DNA of 64,000 nt from the IMG/VR virus record IMGVR_UViG_3300036770_005778, positions 11,032 to 75,031 of that record; one strand, 5' to 3'. Of this stretch, positions 14,980 to 24,521 are shown piece by piece (the first letter of the stretch is position 1; each line of letters starts with the position of its first letter). The notes under the pieces are model-generated. The model did not search any database. It saw only the letters and a program-made list of their open reading frames with translations, and was not told where the DNA came from. This DNA is from a virus. The position numbers and the translations under genes were made by a program.

Positions 14980-15651
14980 ATGGATTATCAACTTTCTGCT
15001 GCACAATCATTGAATTCGGCTGTGGCAGGTGTACTGGCTCGTATGGCAGTCGGAGTCGCAGCCACATTGGTTGCTGCTGGAGCGATCAGCGCCATGGGTT
15101 TAGTCCCATTGCTGTTTTCTTCAGTACTGGGTTGGATATTGATGTTTGCGCCGCTGGCCATGAGCCTTTACATCGGGTTCCGCGGCCAGTCTATGAGCGA
15201 ATCACAGATCAAGACCTGGTATTTCGCGTTTGCTGCTGTTATGGGCGTGAGTCTTAGCCTGATCATCAGCATGTTCACTACCGCATCTATCGTCACAGCA
15301 CTGTTAGGTACCACAGTATCGTTTGGAGCGCTGGCGTTCTGGGGCTACTTCACCAAACGTGATCTCAGTGGCTTTGGTCCGTTCTTGTTTGCTGGTGTGA
15401 TCGGTTTGATCGTAGCAGGTATCGCTAATATCTTTATCGCATCTACTGCCTTGCAGATGACATTGAACGTGATCTGTATTTTGGTATTCTTAGGTCTCAC
15501 AGCCTACGATATGAACAGAATCAGAGATATGTTTTGGTCCGCATCTCAAGATGACATCGCCCGCATGCAATGGTTCGGAGCATTGAGCCTTTACATCAAC
15601 TTTATCAACATCTTTGTCAGCATGTTGCAGTTGTTCGGCAATCGAGAATAA
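14980..15651 (+). CDS. Bax inhibitor-1/YccA family membrane protein
   Basis: Seven TM segments; TKRDLS, TAYD and ALSLYINFINIF..LQLFG motifs. Confidence 0.9.
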   Translation: MDYQLSAAQSLNSAVAGVLARMAVGVAATLVAAGAISAMGLVPLLFSSVLGWILMFAPLAMSLYIGFRGQSMSESQIKTWYFAFAAVMGVSLSLIISMFTTASIVTALLGTTVSFGALAFWGYFTKRDLSGFGPFLFAGVIGLIVAGIANIFIASTALQMTLNVICILVFLGLTAYDMNRIRDMFWSASQDDIARMQWFGALSLYINFINIFVSMLQLFGNRE

Positions 15652-15652
15652 A

Positions 15653-16366
15653 CTAATCTAGAAGATTGTTTTGTTGTTCTAAAGAGAGCTCTTGATCTTC
15701 GAGCTCTCTTATTTTTTCTGTGATTTGATCGATAAGACCTAGGTTGCGGAGTATCTTGAACACTAGGTTTTCTACCGACCACTCTCCTGCTCGCTCCAAG
15801 CCCGCTTTACGCATCTTAGTGATCTTTTCTTTGACCAGTCGCAGTTTGGCCAGATCCTTGCTGAGCATAGCAGATTCTATGTCACGCATTATGCTGTCTT
15901 TTTTAGCTTCTACTGCGGCATCGTCTATCTTAGGTTTGACTTTCTTGGGCTCTACCAGCCACTTGTTCTTTACGATACTGTAAACACCGGTTGAGTGATG
16001 CGGTTCGTCCTCGCCCTGTATATAGGTTTCTACAGGCAGGCCTTTGATAGTGATGTTGTGCTGCTCACCCCAAAGAGATTTCTTAGCATTGAAAAGCTCA
16101 CGCTGTTCTTCTGTAGGAGTGCCGGGAATGATCAAATGCAGATCTAGGTCGCTGTATTCTGTCCAGGTATAATTGGCATTGGATCCAGTTACGGTATAAT
16201 CTATGACATCTAGTTCTATGCCCACAAACTCTTCGAACGCACGGGCGATATCTTTGAGTTTGCCTATGACTTCTGGATTGAGACGATCGTCTTGCCAAAT
16301 TTTGGGATTAAGGCGACGATTAACAGTGACTAGATTCGATCTTTCGTGTAATTCTCTAAGACGCAT
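15653..16366 (-). CDS. pol-beta superfamily nucleotidyltransferase-like protein
   Basis: TGSNANY...SDLDLH (GS...DxD) and VETY third acidic residue. Confidence 0.7.
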   Translation of the reverse strand: MRLRELHERSNLVTVNRRLNPKIWQDDRLNPEVIGKLKDIARAFEEFVGIELDVIDYTVTGSNANYTWTEYSDLDLHLIIPGTPTEEQRELFNAKKSLWGEQHNITIKGLPVETYIQGEDEPHHSTGVYSIVKNKWLVEPKKVKPKIDDAAVEAKKDSIMRDIESAMLSKDLAKLRLVKEKITKMRKAGLERAGEWSVENLVFKILRNLGLIDQITEKIRELEDQELSLEQQNNLLD

Positions 16367-16369
16367 CCA

Positions 16370-16615
16370 TTATTTAGCCCACATTAGATGATAGGCTGTG
16401 AGTGTTTTCTGATCGTAAAATTCTGCTACTAATTTAACATCTGCGCCAGATTTATCCATGACCAATTGGCAGTGTGTTTTTGGTTGATCTAACAGCCAAC
16501 TCAGTTGATCTCGTCCTATAGTTTTCTGTACGTGAGGCCAATCTATATCTAAAAAATTAGCAGATTCGTCGGTAGTATACTGCCATTCAACTAATACTAT
16601 TCGATCACTCTTCAT
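16370..16615 (-). CDS. hypothetical protein
   Basis: 81 aa ORF overlapping helicase stop. Confidence 0.6.
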   Translation of the reverse strand: MKSDRIVLVEWQYTTDESANFLDIDWPHVQKTIGRDQLSWLLDQPKTHCQLVMDKSGADVKLVAEFYDQKTLTAYHLMWAK

Positions 16616-18017
16616 CGCCGCCCATATTGTTCAAGATTTCTCTGAGTTTCGTGCTCTGCACTTCTGCTCTGATTTTCCCTACGGCCAACCCATCAGTAGG
16701 ATCGTCTCTCTGCACTTCTGTTTTTCGCTTGATATTTTCGATGATACTGCTCGTGCCGCGATTAGCACCATTATGGCTTTCTTGTTCTTCTTCTGGAAGA
16801 TCTGAAATCTTCAGCGTTTCTAGATTGAATTCTAGATCTACTTTCTGCCCCACTCCACTAGATGAACGTGTCTTCATCAACTGTATCTGATATCGGCCAC
16901 GCTCACGCATAGCACGACTGGTAAAGATACCAAACACATTATCTGCAGTCTGGATCTTTGAAAGACCACCCGAAATGTGGCTGTGATCAAACTCTACTTC
17001 TTCTACGGCACCACGATTCAACTGCGCCGCAGTGACTAAAATACATTGACGTTCCACTGCGAGATTTCTCAGTTCTTCCGATACATATTTGTCTTTGATA
17101 AAAAGATCTGCTGGACTGATCTTTTTACTAATAGGCATCAACAAGTCTAGATAATCTACTAGCAACACATCTACTTTGCGGCTGGTTTTAATTTCATATT
17201 CTTTGAGATAAGCGCGAATATCATTGGCAGTTTTGCCCGAAGGCATGTACTTAACCTGATATGCTCCAGACTTTTTTCCGATGATCCGAACTTTCATTTC
17301 GACATCATCGAGCTCTTTGAAAATCTCTTTGGTATGTATACCTGTGGTCATAGCATCCATGCGCATACAGACCAAGTCTTCGGAAAGTTCTAGTGTTAGA
17401 TAAACAACATTAAGACCTTGTAGTGCCCAGTTCACACCTAAGTTAGCCAAGAACAAAGATTTACCTGCACCCGATCCACCTGCGAAGATGTTGAGTTCAC
17501 CTCTATTCATTCCGCCAAATAGCCTACGATCGAGGCTGGGCCAACCAGTGCTGATCTGTCCGTTCTTGTCTTTGATACGCATCAATCGGCTTCTAGGATC
17601 AGCAAAATAGTCTGTGCCCATATCTTTGGCTAGACCTATCTGCACAGCCTCTTTGATCATAACTTCTACTGCTCCGTAATCTTTTTTCTCTAGTAGGTCA
17701 GCAGAACTAATGATTGCACGTTCTAATGCTTTATGCCTAGTAAAGTTTTCAAATTCATCCATTAACCATTCGAGATGTCCCTCTTTGGCTTCTTCTGGTT
17801 TTTTCAGACTGATTTTACAAGTGGCGTTAACCATTTCATAATCAGGCAGCACCGAATATTGCTTGGCATATTCGTTGATGAACTCTGCAGCATCTTGTAG
17901 TTTACGATCAAATAGTGTATGATCGAAAATACCTTGACAGCGAACAAATACTTCAGCATCAGCCAGCATCAGTTCAAGATATAATTTTTGTTCTTCGTAA
18001 CCGTAATCTTTTATCAA
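16605..18017 (-). CDS. replicative DNA helicase (T4 gp41/DnaB-like)
   Basis: Walker A GGSGAGKS, TLELSE, VDYLDL, AAQLNR motifs. Confidence 0.93.
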   Translation of the reverse strand: MIKDYGYEEQKLYLELMLADAEVFVRCQGIFDHTLFDRKLQDAAEFINEYAKQYSVLPDYEMVNATCKISLKKPEEAKEGHLEWLMDEFENFTRHKALERAIISSADLLEKKDYGAVEVMIKEAVQIGLAKDMGTDYFADPRSRLMRIKDKNGQISTGWPSLDRRLFGGMNRGELNIFAGGSGAGKSLFLANLGVNWALQGLNVVYLTLELSEDLVCMRMDAMTTGIHTKEIFKELDDVEMKVRIIGKKSGAYQVKYMPSGKTANDIRAYLKEYEIKTSRKVDVLLVDYLDLLMPISKKISPADLFIKDKYVSEELRNLAVERQCILVTAAQLNRGAVEEVEFDHSHISGGLSKIQTADNVFGIFTSRAMRERGRYQIQLMKTRSSSGVGQKVDLEFNLETLKISDLPEEEQESHNGANRGTSSIIENIKRKTEVQRDDPTDGLAVGKIRAEVQSTKLREILNNMGGDEE

Positions 18018-18607
18018 TTTAAAACCTTATAATCAATGACTAAACATCTTCTAGGTGTATATAATACAGGATACACACCATGTAGTGTACTACCTTTCAT
18101 GGTAATTAGTCTACCAGGCATTGGTGGTATAGTACGCATTTCTTTACCTACTAAACAATAAAAACTTCCATAAACTTGTTCTTTGCGATCTTTTCCTTCT
18201 CGCATACTAGGGTTATCGTCAAAATATAAACATTGATTAATAGTATCAACGCCGTGACCGTGGACACTCTGCCAGCCACCTTTTTTATAATTTACGAACC
18301 AAGATGTCTGCGGTTTTATTTTTATATCGAGCCCGTTACTTTTTAATTCATCCTCTGTTAATTTACAAACATCATTGAGCAGACTTACGAACCCGGCATC
18401 TCTAAAATCATCGGCGAACGTTTTATGAGGTAGTCTACCTAGTTCTTTGGTCTGCCACACAGGTAATTGTTCGGCTTCAAATGCCGTGGTTTCCCAACTA
18501 TAATCTTTGCCCTGACAGTTTTCTAAATAATATAAAAATTTTTTATAGTTTGGATAATAACTATCCAACACAAAATTTTCATCGATATCTGATTTTACAA
18601 AATTCAT
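18014..18607 (-). CDS. putative 2OG-Fe(II) oxygenase
   Basis: WFVNY..GGWQSVHGH...LHGVYP...RRCL pattern. Confidence 0.7.
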   Translation of the reverse strand: MNFVKSDIDENFVLDSYYPNYKKFLYYLENCQGKDYSWETTAFEAEQLPVWQTKELGRLPHKTFADDFRDAGFVSLLNDVCKLTEDELKSNGLDIKIKPQTSWFVNYKKGGWQSVHGHGVDTINQCLYFDDNPSMREGKDRKEQVYGSFYCLVGKEMRTIPPMPGRLITMKGSTLHGVYPVLYTPRRCLVIDYKVLN

Positions 18608-19578
18608 AGTTTATTATACACTAGAGGAACATGTTTTGCAAGATTCATGTCCCATCGCATACGTATCTGCTTTTTATAAAGAACAGCACCAATAGCACTG
18701 GAACTGTCTCCAGGTATCGGAAGACTCCATATGCCTTGCCATTGTTTGGGCAGTCTAGTATTGAATTTACTGTTCATAGCGCAGCCGCCCATATATACTA
18801 GGTTATCGCTACTGGTTAAAACTTTAGCCCATCTCATCACCTCGTCGGCTTTTTCTTCAAATACTCGTTGTGTGGCAGCCGCGATATCTGCTGAATCCGA
18901 TTCAGCGATAGGACCCCAGTCTCTAACACCTTTGTGCAGATTAGTCCTTATGGTCCAATCATCTCTCCAATAGGATTTGATCTTTTCGTAGAATCGATCA
19001 GAATCGCCTTGATCGCTGAGTTGTTGTAGTTTATGTTCTTCTCTGACCGGTGTCAGCCCAATCAGATGAGTAAACGCCGAATAGAACAGCCCGAGACTGG
19101 TAGGATAACTGCGGCTCCAAACTTTTTCCAATCTAGTGCCTTTGCCTTTCCATATGGTGGCTGATTCCCATTCTCCGATAGCATCTAATACCACGACAGT
19201 GGCTTCATCAAACGGACTGGTTAGAAATCCAGCGGCTGCATGACTAAGATGATGGGGCATGTAGGATATCCTGGCATAGCCCAAATTAAATTTTTTTAGA
19301 TATCTAGTTGGCAATTCATCTAAATCTAACGCCCATCCCCATTGACCTGCATAGGTCTGCCTAGTTTTTTTCAACCAAGGGCGTTCGTACCAAATGATAT
19401 GATCAGGACCTCGGTCGCTGGCTGATCTAAATGCATCTCGGATCAGATCTCCGTTGATCTGATCATCGCCGGGCTGGCCGGTATATTCGCTGCTGCGTTT
19501 CCAAAATTTTAATTGGTTATTGTCAAATACAGCAATACTAGCATCGTGATTTAATGCATTGATTCCCCAGGTGATCAT
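18604..19578 (-). CDS. carbamoyltransferase (NodU/CmcH family), N-terminal Kae1-like domain only
   Basis: HDAS, HHLSHAA, DAIGE, SLGLFYS, GGCAMN, PGD motifs; 324 aa. Confidence 0.85.
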   Translation of the reverse strand: MITWGINALNHDASIAVFDNNQLKFWKRSSEYTGQPGDDQINGDLIRDAFRSASDRGPDHIIWYERPWLKKTRQTYAGQWGWALDLDELPTRYLKKFNLGYARISYMPHHLSHAAAGFLTSPFDEATVVVLDAIGEWESATIWKGKGTRLEKVWSRSYPTSLGLFYSAFTHLIGLTPVREEHKLQQLSDQGDSDRFYEKIKSYWRDDWTIRTNLHKGVRDWGPIAESDSADIAAATQRVFEEKADEVMRWAKVLTSSDNLVYMGGCAMNSKFNTRLPKQWQGIWSLPIPGDSSSAIGAVLYKKQIRMRWDMNLAKHVPLVYNKL

Positions 19579-19712
19579 ATCATATTACTCCGCCTACAAT
19601 CTATTTCGTATGTCATGATATATTCTGGAATACGGATCACAGACAGAATCGCTAAAAATAAAAAAGTCGCTGCCATGAAACCTATGAAAAAAGAAAGAAA
19701 GTATTTTTTCAT
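19575..19712 (-). CDS. small membrane protein (45 aa, not in ORF track)
   Basis: MKKYFLSFFIGFMAATFLFLAILSVIRIP...; ATGA overlaps on both sides. Confidence 0.55.
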   Translation of the reverse strand: MKKYFLSFFIGFMAATFLFLAILSVIRIPEYIMTYEIDCRRSNMI

Positions 19713-19825
19713 TTGTAGATAAACGGATCTCTTTTTCTAAGTTCTTCCAGTCTTTTCTTCCAGGCGCGGTTTTGTTGATAGCGTTTATATGGCCAAATAA
19801 TAAAATCTATGATTTTCTTAAACAT
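19709..19825 (-). CDS. small basic protein (38 aa, not in ORF track)
   Basis: MFKKIIDFIIWPYKRYQQNRAWKKRLEELRKRDPFIYK. Confidence 0.6.
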   Translation of the reverse strand: MFKKIIDFIIWPYKRYQQNRAWKKRLEELRKRDPFIYK

Positions 19826-20840
19826 CTGTTTTCTCCATTTCAGCGAACTTATTTAGAAGTTTTCTTTTTTCAATTTCGATCTTTGCGGGATTGTCTGTGG
19901 CAGATTTTATTAAATCGATGATAACGAATAATTTACCATATCTTTTTACAGCATCTGCGCAGTCTTTTATATCTTCATCCCAATTAGGAAAAGCCACTTT
20001 CCAGCCCAACTTTTGTGCTTGATCGATCAATACTAGTCCTGCTCGATCTTGATCAGGAATAACTATGGTTTCTTTACCTATATTGTTAATTATTCTACTC
20101 TGTTGTTCCGACACTTCGTTAGTGAGCAAGGCCACGCCCCCGACGCTTAATGCATCAAATGGACCTTCGGATACGAATAGATACTTGTATTCCTCTTTCT
20201 GTGCATCAACATTATAGACAAAGAACGGGTGTTGATCTGAAAGATATTTCGGTCTTCCTTCTACAATTTTTCTAGCAGTGTTTCCTACAATTTTGCCATG
20301 ATAGAAAAAAGGAATTATTACTCGATTTACGTATCCAGGTAATGGAGTCCAATAAAAATTTTCGCTGGTAGGATCAAACCCTCTATGATAGATGTAATCA
20401 ATAACTGGTTCGAGATCGTCAACTACTTCCTCGAAGTATCCGCTATTAATCCAGTCATTTATAGGCATAGCACCTTCGGGCAATTCTTTTTCGTCGAATT
20501 CAATCTTTTGTTCTATATACTGGTCAGGAACATAATCATCACCTTCGGTTTTTAATGCTTCGAAAGTTAGTTCTTTAATAACGGTGTCATCAGCCCCTAA
20601 CCATTGACATAATGTTTTGAACTTTGGAGATAAGGTAGATCCCGGTTTCCAGCCTGTGGAAAATTTACAATTGAAACAATTGTAAACGATTCCGTCACCA
20701 AGCATGACTCCTGCACGTTTTCTAGTATCTGTGCGGTGCCCTCGATGGTGGCAACAAGGGGCATTAAAACTCATCCATCCGCTAGGGCTGGTCTTGAGTT
20801 TGGGAAGAAGAGATCTGAATTTATCTACAACCAAGGTCAT
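19818..20840 (-). CDS. DNA primase (T4 gp61-like)
   Basis: Zn finger (CC..YNCFNC), EGPFDA and DQD TOPRIM motifs. Confidence 0.9.
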   Translation of the reverse strand: MTLVVDKFRSLLPKLKTSPSGWMSFNAPCCHHRGHRTDTRKRAGVMLGDGIVYNCFNCKFSTGWKPGSTLSPKFKTLCQWLGADDTVIKELTFEALKTEGDDYVPDQYIEQKIEFDEKELPEGAMPINDWINSGYFEEVVDDLEPVIDYIYHRGFDPTSENFYWTPLPGYVNRVIIPFFYHGKIVGNTARKIVEGRPKYLSDQHPFFVYNVDAQKEEYKYLFVSEGPFDALSVGGVALLTNEVSEQQSRIINNIGKETIVIPDQDRAGLVLIDQAQKLGWKVAFPNWDEDIKDCADAVKRYGKLFVIIDLIKSATDNPAKIEIEKRKLLNKFAEMEKTDV

Positions 20841-20846
20841 ACAGAC

Positions 20847-20875
20847 AGTATACTATCTGTAAAGAATCTTGTCAA
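20847..20875 (-). promoter_or_regulatory. sigma70 promoter for primase, probably leaderless
   Basis: TTGACA(20875-20870)-N17-TATACT(20852-20847); ATG 6 nt downstream. Confidence 0.75.
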
Positions 20876-21923
20876 TAGTCCCGGCAGTAGGAGTACCTGT
20901 GGCCCCCAAAACATAACTTCTATCGTTTGGAGCAGAAACGCCACTGAAAGAAATTCCAGTTATCGCTCCATTGATATTGATAGCATCTACGGTAATAGTA
21001 AGATCATTGACCCCAGAAAAACCGCCGAGCAAATCGCCAGTAATTACCAATTCTTGACCAACGGTATATCCGCTACCCCCGTCATATACGCTGACGCTAT
21101 AGGAACCTGCAAATGTTTGCCCAATCACAAATTGAGCCGAATTATTAAAGGTATTACCAAATCTAATCCTAAACCAATTCCATTTACCTACGATGTTTTT
21201 GTATGTGGAATTTGATTGATTGGTCATAGTTTCGGTATCTAGATCTACCCAGACTCCCGGATTGCCTCCATCGCTTTGGCTTCCTTGTATGATAATCGTG
21301 CCCGTGTAATTTGTAAAATAAAACTGAAAGGTATGCAAGGATTGCGGAGTGCTTAACTGTGGATTCGCGTCAATGATGCTGGATATTAAATACTTTTCTT
21401 GAGAACCAGTCGATATAAGGAATTCTCTAAATTCATCGATTTTTAAACTATCGATTGGTTCTCCAAATACATCACCGTATATTTCTAAGGTTGAAAAAGT
21501 TCCATATTGAGAGTCGATATACAATGGGGTTCTAGATGAAATTATCGTATCATCGCTGTTGTTTCTGATCTGACCTACTATTGAATATTGATAGAAACCT
21601 GTTTCTATCTCTGTCAACTCGTTCTCAGTCAACACCACATAAATTTTTCCGCTGGCAGAACTTTGGACGATACAATCTTTAGTCAGTACTAGTTCTTTGG
21701 TTTCACGATTGACTATGTTAAAAACAAAATCATCATAACTACTGACGTCGTAGTTTTTTTCGTCCGAATTCCGTATTTGAATATCAACGCGGTTATCGGC
21801 GCCGCGATACAGTTTTAAATTTCGATTATACACTTTGCGATACCTCTCTGTTTTCCAAGAGGCCAGATAATTTGTATAAGCATCGACCTTGTTTGGATAT
21901 AAATAAACTGAAATTAGTTGCAT
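20853..21923 (-). CDS. putative virion structural protein
   Basis: TAAATA upstream; beta-rich, GGSGYTVG-type C-terminal repeat. Confidence 0.55.
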   Translation of the reverse strand: MQLISVYLYPNKVDAYTNYLASWKTERYRKVYNRNLKLYRGADNRVDIQIRNSDEKNYDVSSYDDFVFNIVNRETKELVLTKDCIVQSSASGKIYVVLTENELTEIETGFYQYSIVGQIRNNSDDTIISSRTPLYIDSQYGTFSTLEIYGDVFGEPIDSLKIDEFREFLISTGSQEKYLISSIIDANPQLSTPQSLHTFQFYFTNYTGTIIIQGSQSDGGNPGVWVDLDTETMTNQSNSTYKNIVGKWNWFRIRFGNTFNNSAQFVIGQTFAGSYSVSVYDGGSGYTVGQELVITGDLLGGFSGVNDLTITVDAININGAITGISFSGVSAPNDRSYVLGATGTPTAGTIDKILYR

Positions 21924-21947
21924 ATAGGACCCTTCCAATATTTATCT

Positions 21948-22319
21948 ATGAGAATCACAGAAAATTTACAAGAAAATTTTCCATTTATTACAGTACTAAA
22001 TCATGTTAATGCAGAATACGTGGGCATCGTTATCAATCAAGATGCACAGGTTACTAGTTTTTATGATTATGCCAGTATACGTTCCGATCAAGAAAAACAA
22101 CGATTTTTGGAATTAGGCGAAGTATGGTGGTGGGAGTCAAATAGACAAATTCCTATTAATATTTTCTTAAACAGAGAAATCATCGAATTCCGATATGCTA
22201 TACGTAACTTCAGTACCAAAGATGTCAAAATAATGTTAGGGCCTTGTACTAGTCTTAACGATATCATCGTAAAAAGAATAAAACGTAAATCAATTACGTT
22301 GATTAGAAAACCTTCTTAA
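21948..22319 (+). CDS. hypothetical protein
   Basis: Start 21948; WWWESNR.IPI motif. Confidence 0.65.
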   Translation: MRITENLQENFPFITVLNHVNAEYVGIVINQDAQVTSFYDYASIRSDQEKQRFLELGEVWWWESNRQIPINIFLNREIIEFRYAIRNFSTKDVKIMLGPCTSLNDIIVKRIKRKSITLIRKPS

Positions 22320-22891
22320 CTATATCCATAACTGATTTGTTCACAGATTAAATTCATCTGGACTACAACTGCCATGGCATATGCGGTAGCATGAGATTTT
22401 TTGAAATAATACTCACCTGTTTCCGGTTTCATCCATACTTCTTTCATTATCGTAGTCCAATCTTTCCCAATCAGATAACGTTTGGCTGGGCGAATCATAG
22501 CAAGGACGGCAGCTAATTGTTCCACGGAAGTCGGCCGGGTCTTGCGGATTATATCTCCATGCCCGTTCAAATGAAATAATAGATCCACAAATTCGTGTTG
22601 TAATAATAGGTCCCATAGCGGCTCCTGATTCATTAGATAAGAAAGATGTTTTTCATCTTTCACACCTTTGTATATTCCTACATTAAGAAAGTCTATTTTA
22701 AAATAACCTTTTTCTTCTGCCTGTTCATAAGGAATTTCGCACAATCCTGTTTTTAAATCAACAGGGACCTGATGTAAATAGATTCCAGTATTATGCTTTA
22801 CAAGATCGCCATTATCCAATCGACTGGCCACTTTGTGTTTGAATAATTTTAATGCTTGGTCTCGGTCGACAAAGTCTATATCGATATCCAT
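22316..22891 (-). CDS. miniature DNA polymerase III alpha (DnaE)-like protein
   Basis: DIDIDF, HNTGIY, FKIDFL, AMIRP and YYFKKSHA.AYA motifs of family C polymerases in 191 aa. Confidence 0.8.
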   Translation of the reverse strand: MDIDIDFVDRDQALKLFKHKVASRLDNGDLVKHNTGIYLHQVPVDLKTGLCEIPYEQAEEKGYFKIDFLNVGIYKGVKDEKHLSYLMNQEPLWDLLLQHEFVDLLFHLNGHGDIIRKTRPTSVEQLAAVLAMIRPAKRYLIGKDWTTIMKEVWMKPETGEYYFKKSHATAYAMAVVVQMNLICEQISYGYS

Positions 22892-22894
22892 TTA

Positions 22895-23119
22895 TTATTG
22901 TACCTTAGTCGTTTCGAATAACAACAATGGAAGATTATCTGCTAAGAATTGAGCATATTCCTCTGCATCTTCTTCATCGTTAAATCCTGAAAATTGCACC
23001 ATGATTACGGGTTCGTCTGCCATGACTCTTACTTCGATATCAATATCATCGCGGGAAATAAACTCTTCGTTTTCTTTTAGTTCTACTTCTTCGATTTCTT
23101 CTTTTACACGTTTATTCAT
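22895..23119 (-). CDS. small acidic protein
   Basis: 74 aa, Glu/Asp-rich. Confidence 0.65.
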   Translation of the reverse strand: MNKRVKEEIEEVELKENEEFISRDDIDIEVRVMADEPVIMVQFSGFNDEEDAEEYAQFLADNLPLLLFETTKVQ

Positions 23120-23802
23120 TATAAAATTTTAGCCTCTCTAATGACATCTTTGATCAATTCAACATCTGCAGGTAAAGATTTAAAACGTTTTAACCAATAT
23201 TGCGGATCTATTATTGGACTGACGATTTCTAATTGTTCGTCATTCATTCTCTTCAGCATGTCTTTTCCTGCCTTTGTATTTAATACTAACCAAGGACTAA
23301 TCAGTCCTTCTTTTATGTCATGTGTGGCACGATTTAAATTAACATATGCAAAATAGTGTTCCCATTGCGCAGAGTTTATTTCTCCCCAATCCATCATTGT
23401 GGTAATAGATCTCTGTACAGCACCGTCTGCAGGTTCGTTTTTTATTAATTCAGTCACATAAGAATAATACAGTTCGTCTCTGCACCAATGGTCTAATTTT
23501 ATTCCGCTTTTAATCACATATTCGATAAACATTTCTGGATACACGGGATTGGTATTAGTTAAAAAACTACCAAATTTCACAAATGCAGTGTAATAAGGGC
23601 TCTGCACGAAATCATCGAATGTTTTCTTCGATTTTCCTTTTTGTGCCCAATCATAAAATTTTTGAAATGTCAGTAGACCTGTTTGGACATGCTTTTCATT
23701 TTTATTTAGATATCGTCTTTTCTGTTCGCAAACATGGACAGCCAAAGTTTTTTCTTTGGCAAATTCTTTTTGACAATATTCGCACTTATAATTTAAGTTC
23801 AT
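23119..23802 (-). CDS. zinc-finger-containing hypothetical protein
   Basis: YKCEYC..EF....L..H.C at N-terminus; start moved to 23802. Confidence 0.7.
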   Translation of the reverse strand: MNLNYKCEYCQKEFAKEKTLAVHVCEQKRRYLNKNEKHVQTGLLTFQKFYDWAQKGKSKKTFDDFVQSPYYTAFVKFGSFLTNTNPVYPEMFIEYVIKSGIKLDHWCRDELYYSYVTELIKNEPADGAVQRSITTMMDWGEINSAQWEHYFAYVNLNRATHDIKEGLISPWLVLNTKAGKDMLKRMNDEQLEIVSPIIDPQYWLKRFKSLPADVELIKDVIREAKIL

Positions 23803-24265
23803 TGATTTGTTTTTTATCCCAACCAAGAGATAGCGCATATTCTTTGATTTCATCATTAGTGATAATTTTGGCCAATGTTTCGATATCTGCCATTTTCATA
23901 TTCGGAAATTGTTCTGCTAGAAATTCTTCTTTTTTATTTCTGTGAACTTTTAATGGTATCCATTCGTGAAATTGTGTTTTTTTGCTTTCATGACTACATA
24001 AAGTCAACGTCTGCCATTGCAGTTTAGGATGATGCTGTAGGCCGGCCCAGTGTTTGTTATAAAACTCGTTGACAGTTAAGACAAAATGCTCTTGTAATTC
24101 TCTGTTAGTAGTTTTACAACTACTGATGTATCTATTAAGATTCCAAAGATCACCTTTGATCTCTTTTCGACCTTCATCGGTGGCAGCATCCCATAATTCT
24201 TTGATCCCCATGTCTACTGCAGGAATCATATCTTTAAAAAGATCTACGTGTTTATTCTTTCCCAT
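23786..24265 (-). CDS. putative clamp-loader small subunit (T4 gp62-like)
   Basis: LNRYISS...VNE...LQW...W pattern; replication context. Confidence 0.5.
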   Translation of the reverse strand: MGKNKHVDLFKDMIPAVDMGIKELWDAATDEGRKEIKGDLWNLNRYISSCKTTNRELQEHFVLTVNEFYNKHWAGLQHHPKLQWQTLTLCSHESKKTQFHEWIPLKVHRNKKEEFLAEQFPNMKMADIETLAKIITNDEIKEYALSLGWDKKQINELKL

Positions 24266-24521
24266 CTTTTTTACTCAAGTGATATATCATTTTAGCACGA
24301 TCTAACGCTTCTTGCAAGAGAGGATTAGTTTTGGCAGCACGTCGTATTTCTCCCCAAAGTTTGTTGTCTCTGAGATCATCTATCAACGGCCTACCATCCT
24401 CTGTTCGAGGATCATATTCCCATCCGATCGCTTCTTCTTCGAGATCGTCTTTTTCTTGTTGATAAACTACCCCGTCTCTCCGAGTATAGATATATTCAAC
24501 TCCTGGTTTTAGTTTTCCCAT
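24252..24521 (-). CDS. hypothetical protein
   Basis: 89 aa ORF in operon. Confidence 0.7.
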   Translation of the reverse strand: MGKLKPGVEYIYTRRDGVVYQQEKDDLEEEAIGWEYDPRTEDGRPLIDDLRDNKLWGEIRRAAKTNPLLQEALDRAKMIYHLSKKDGKE

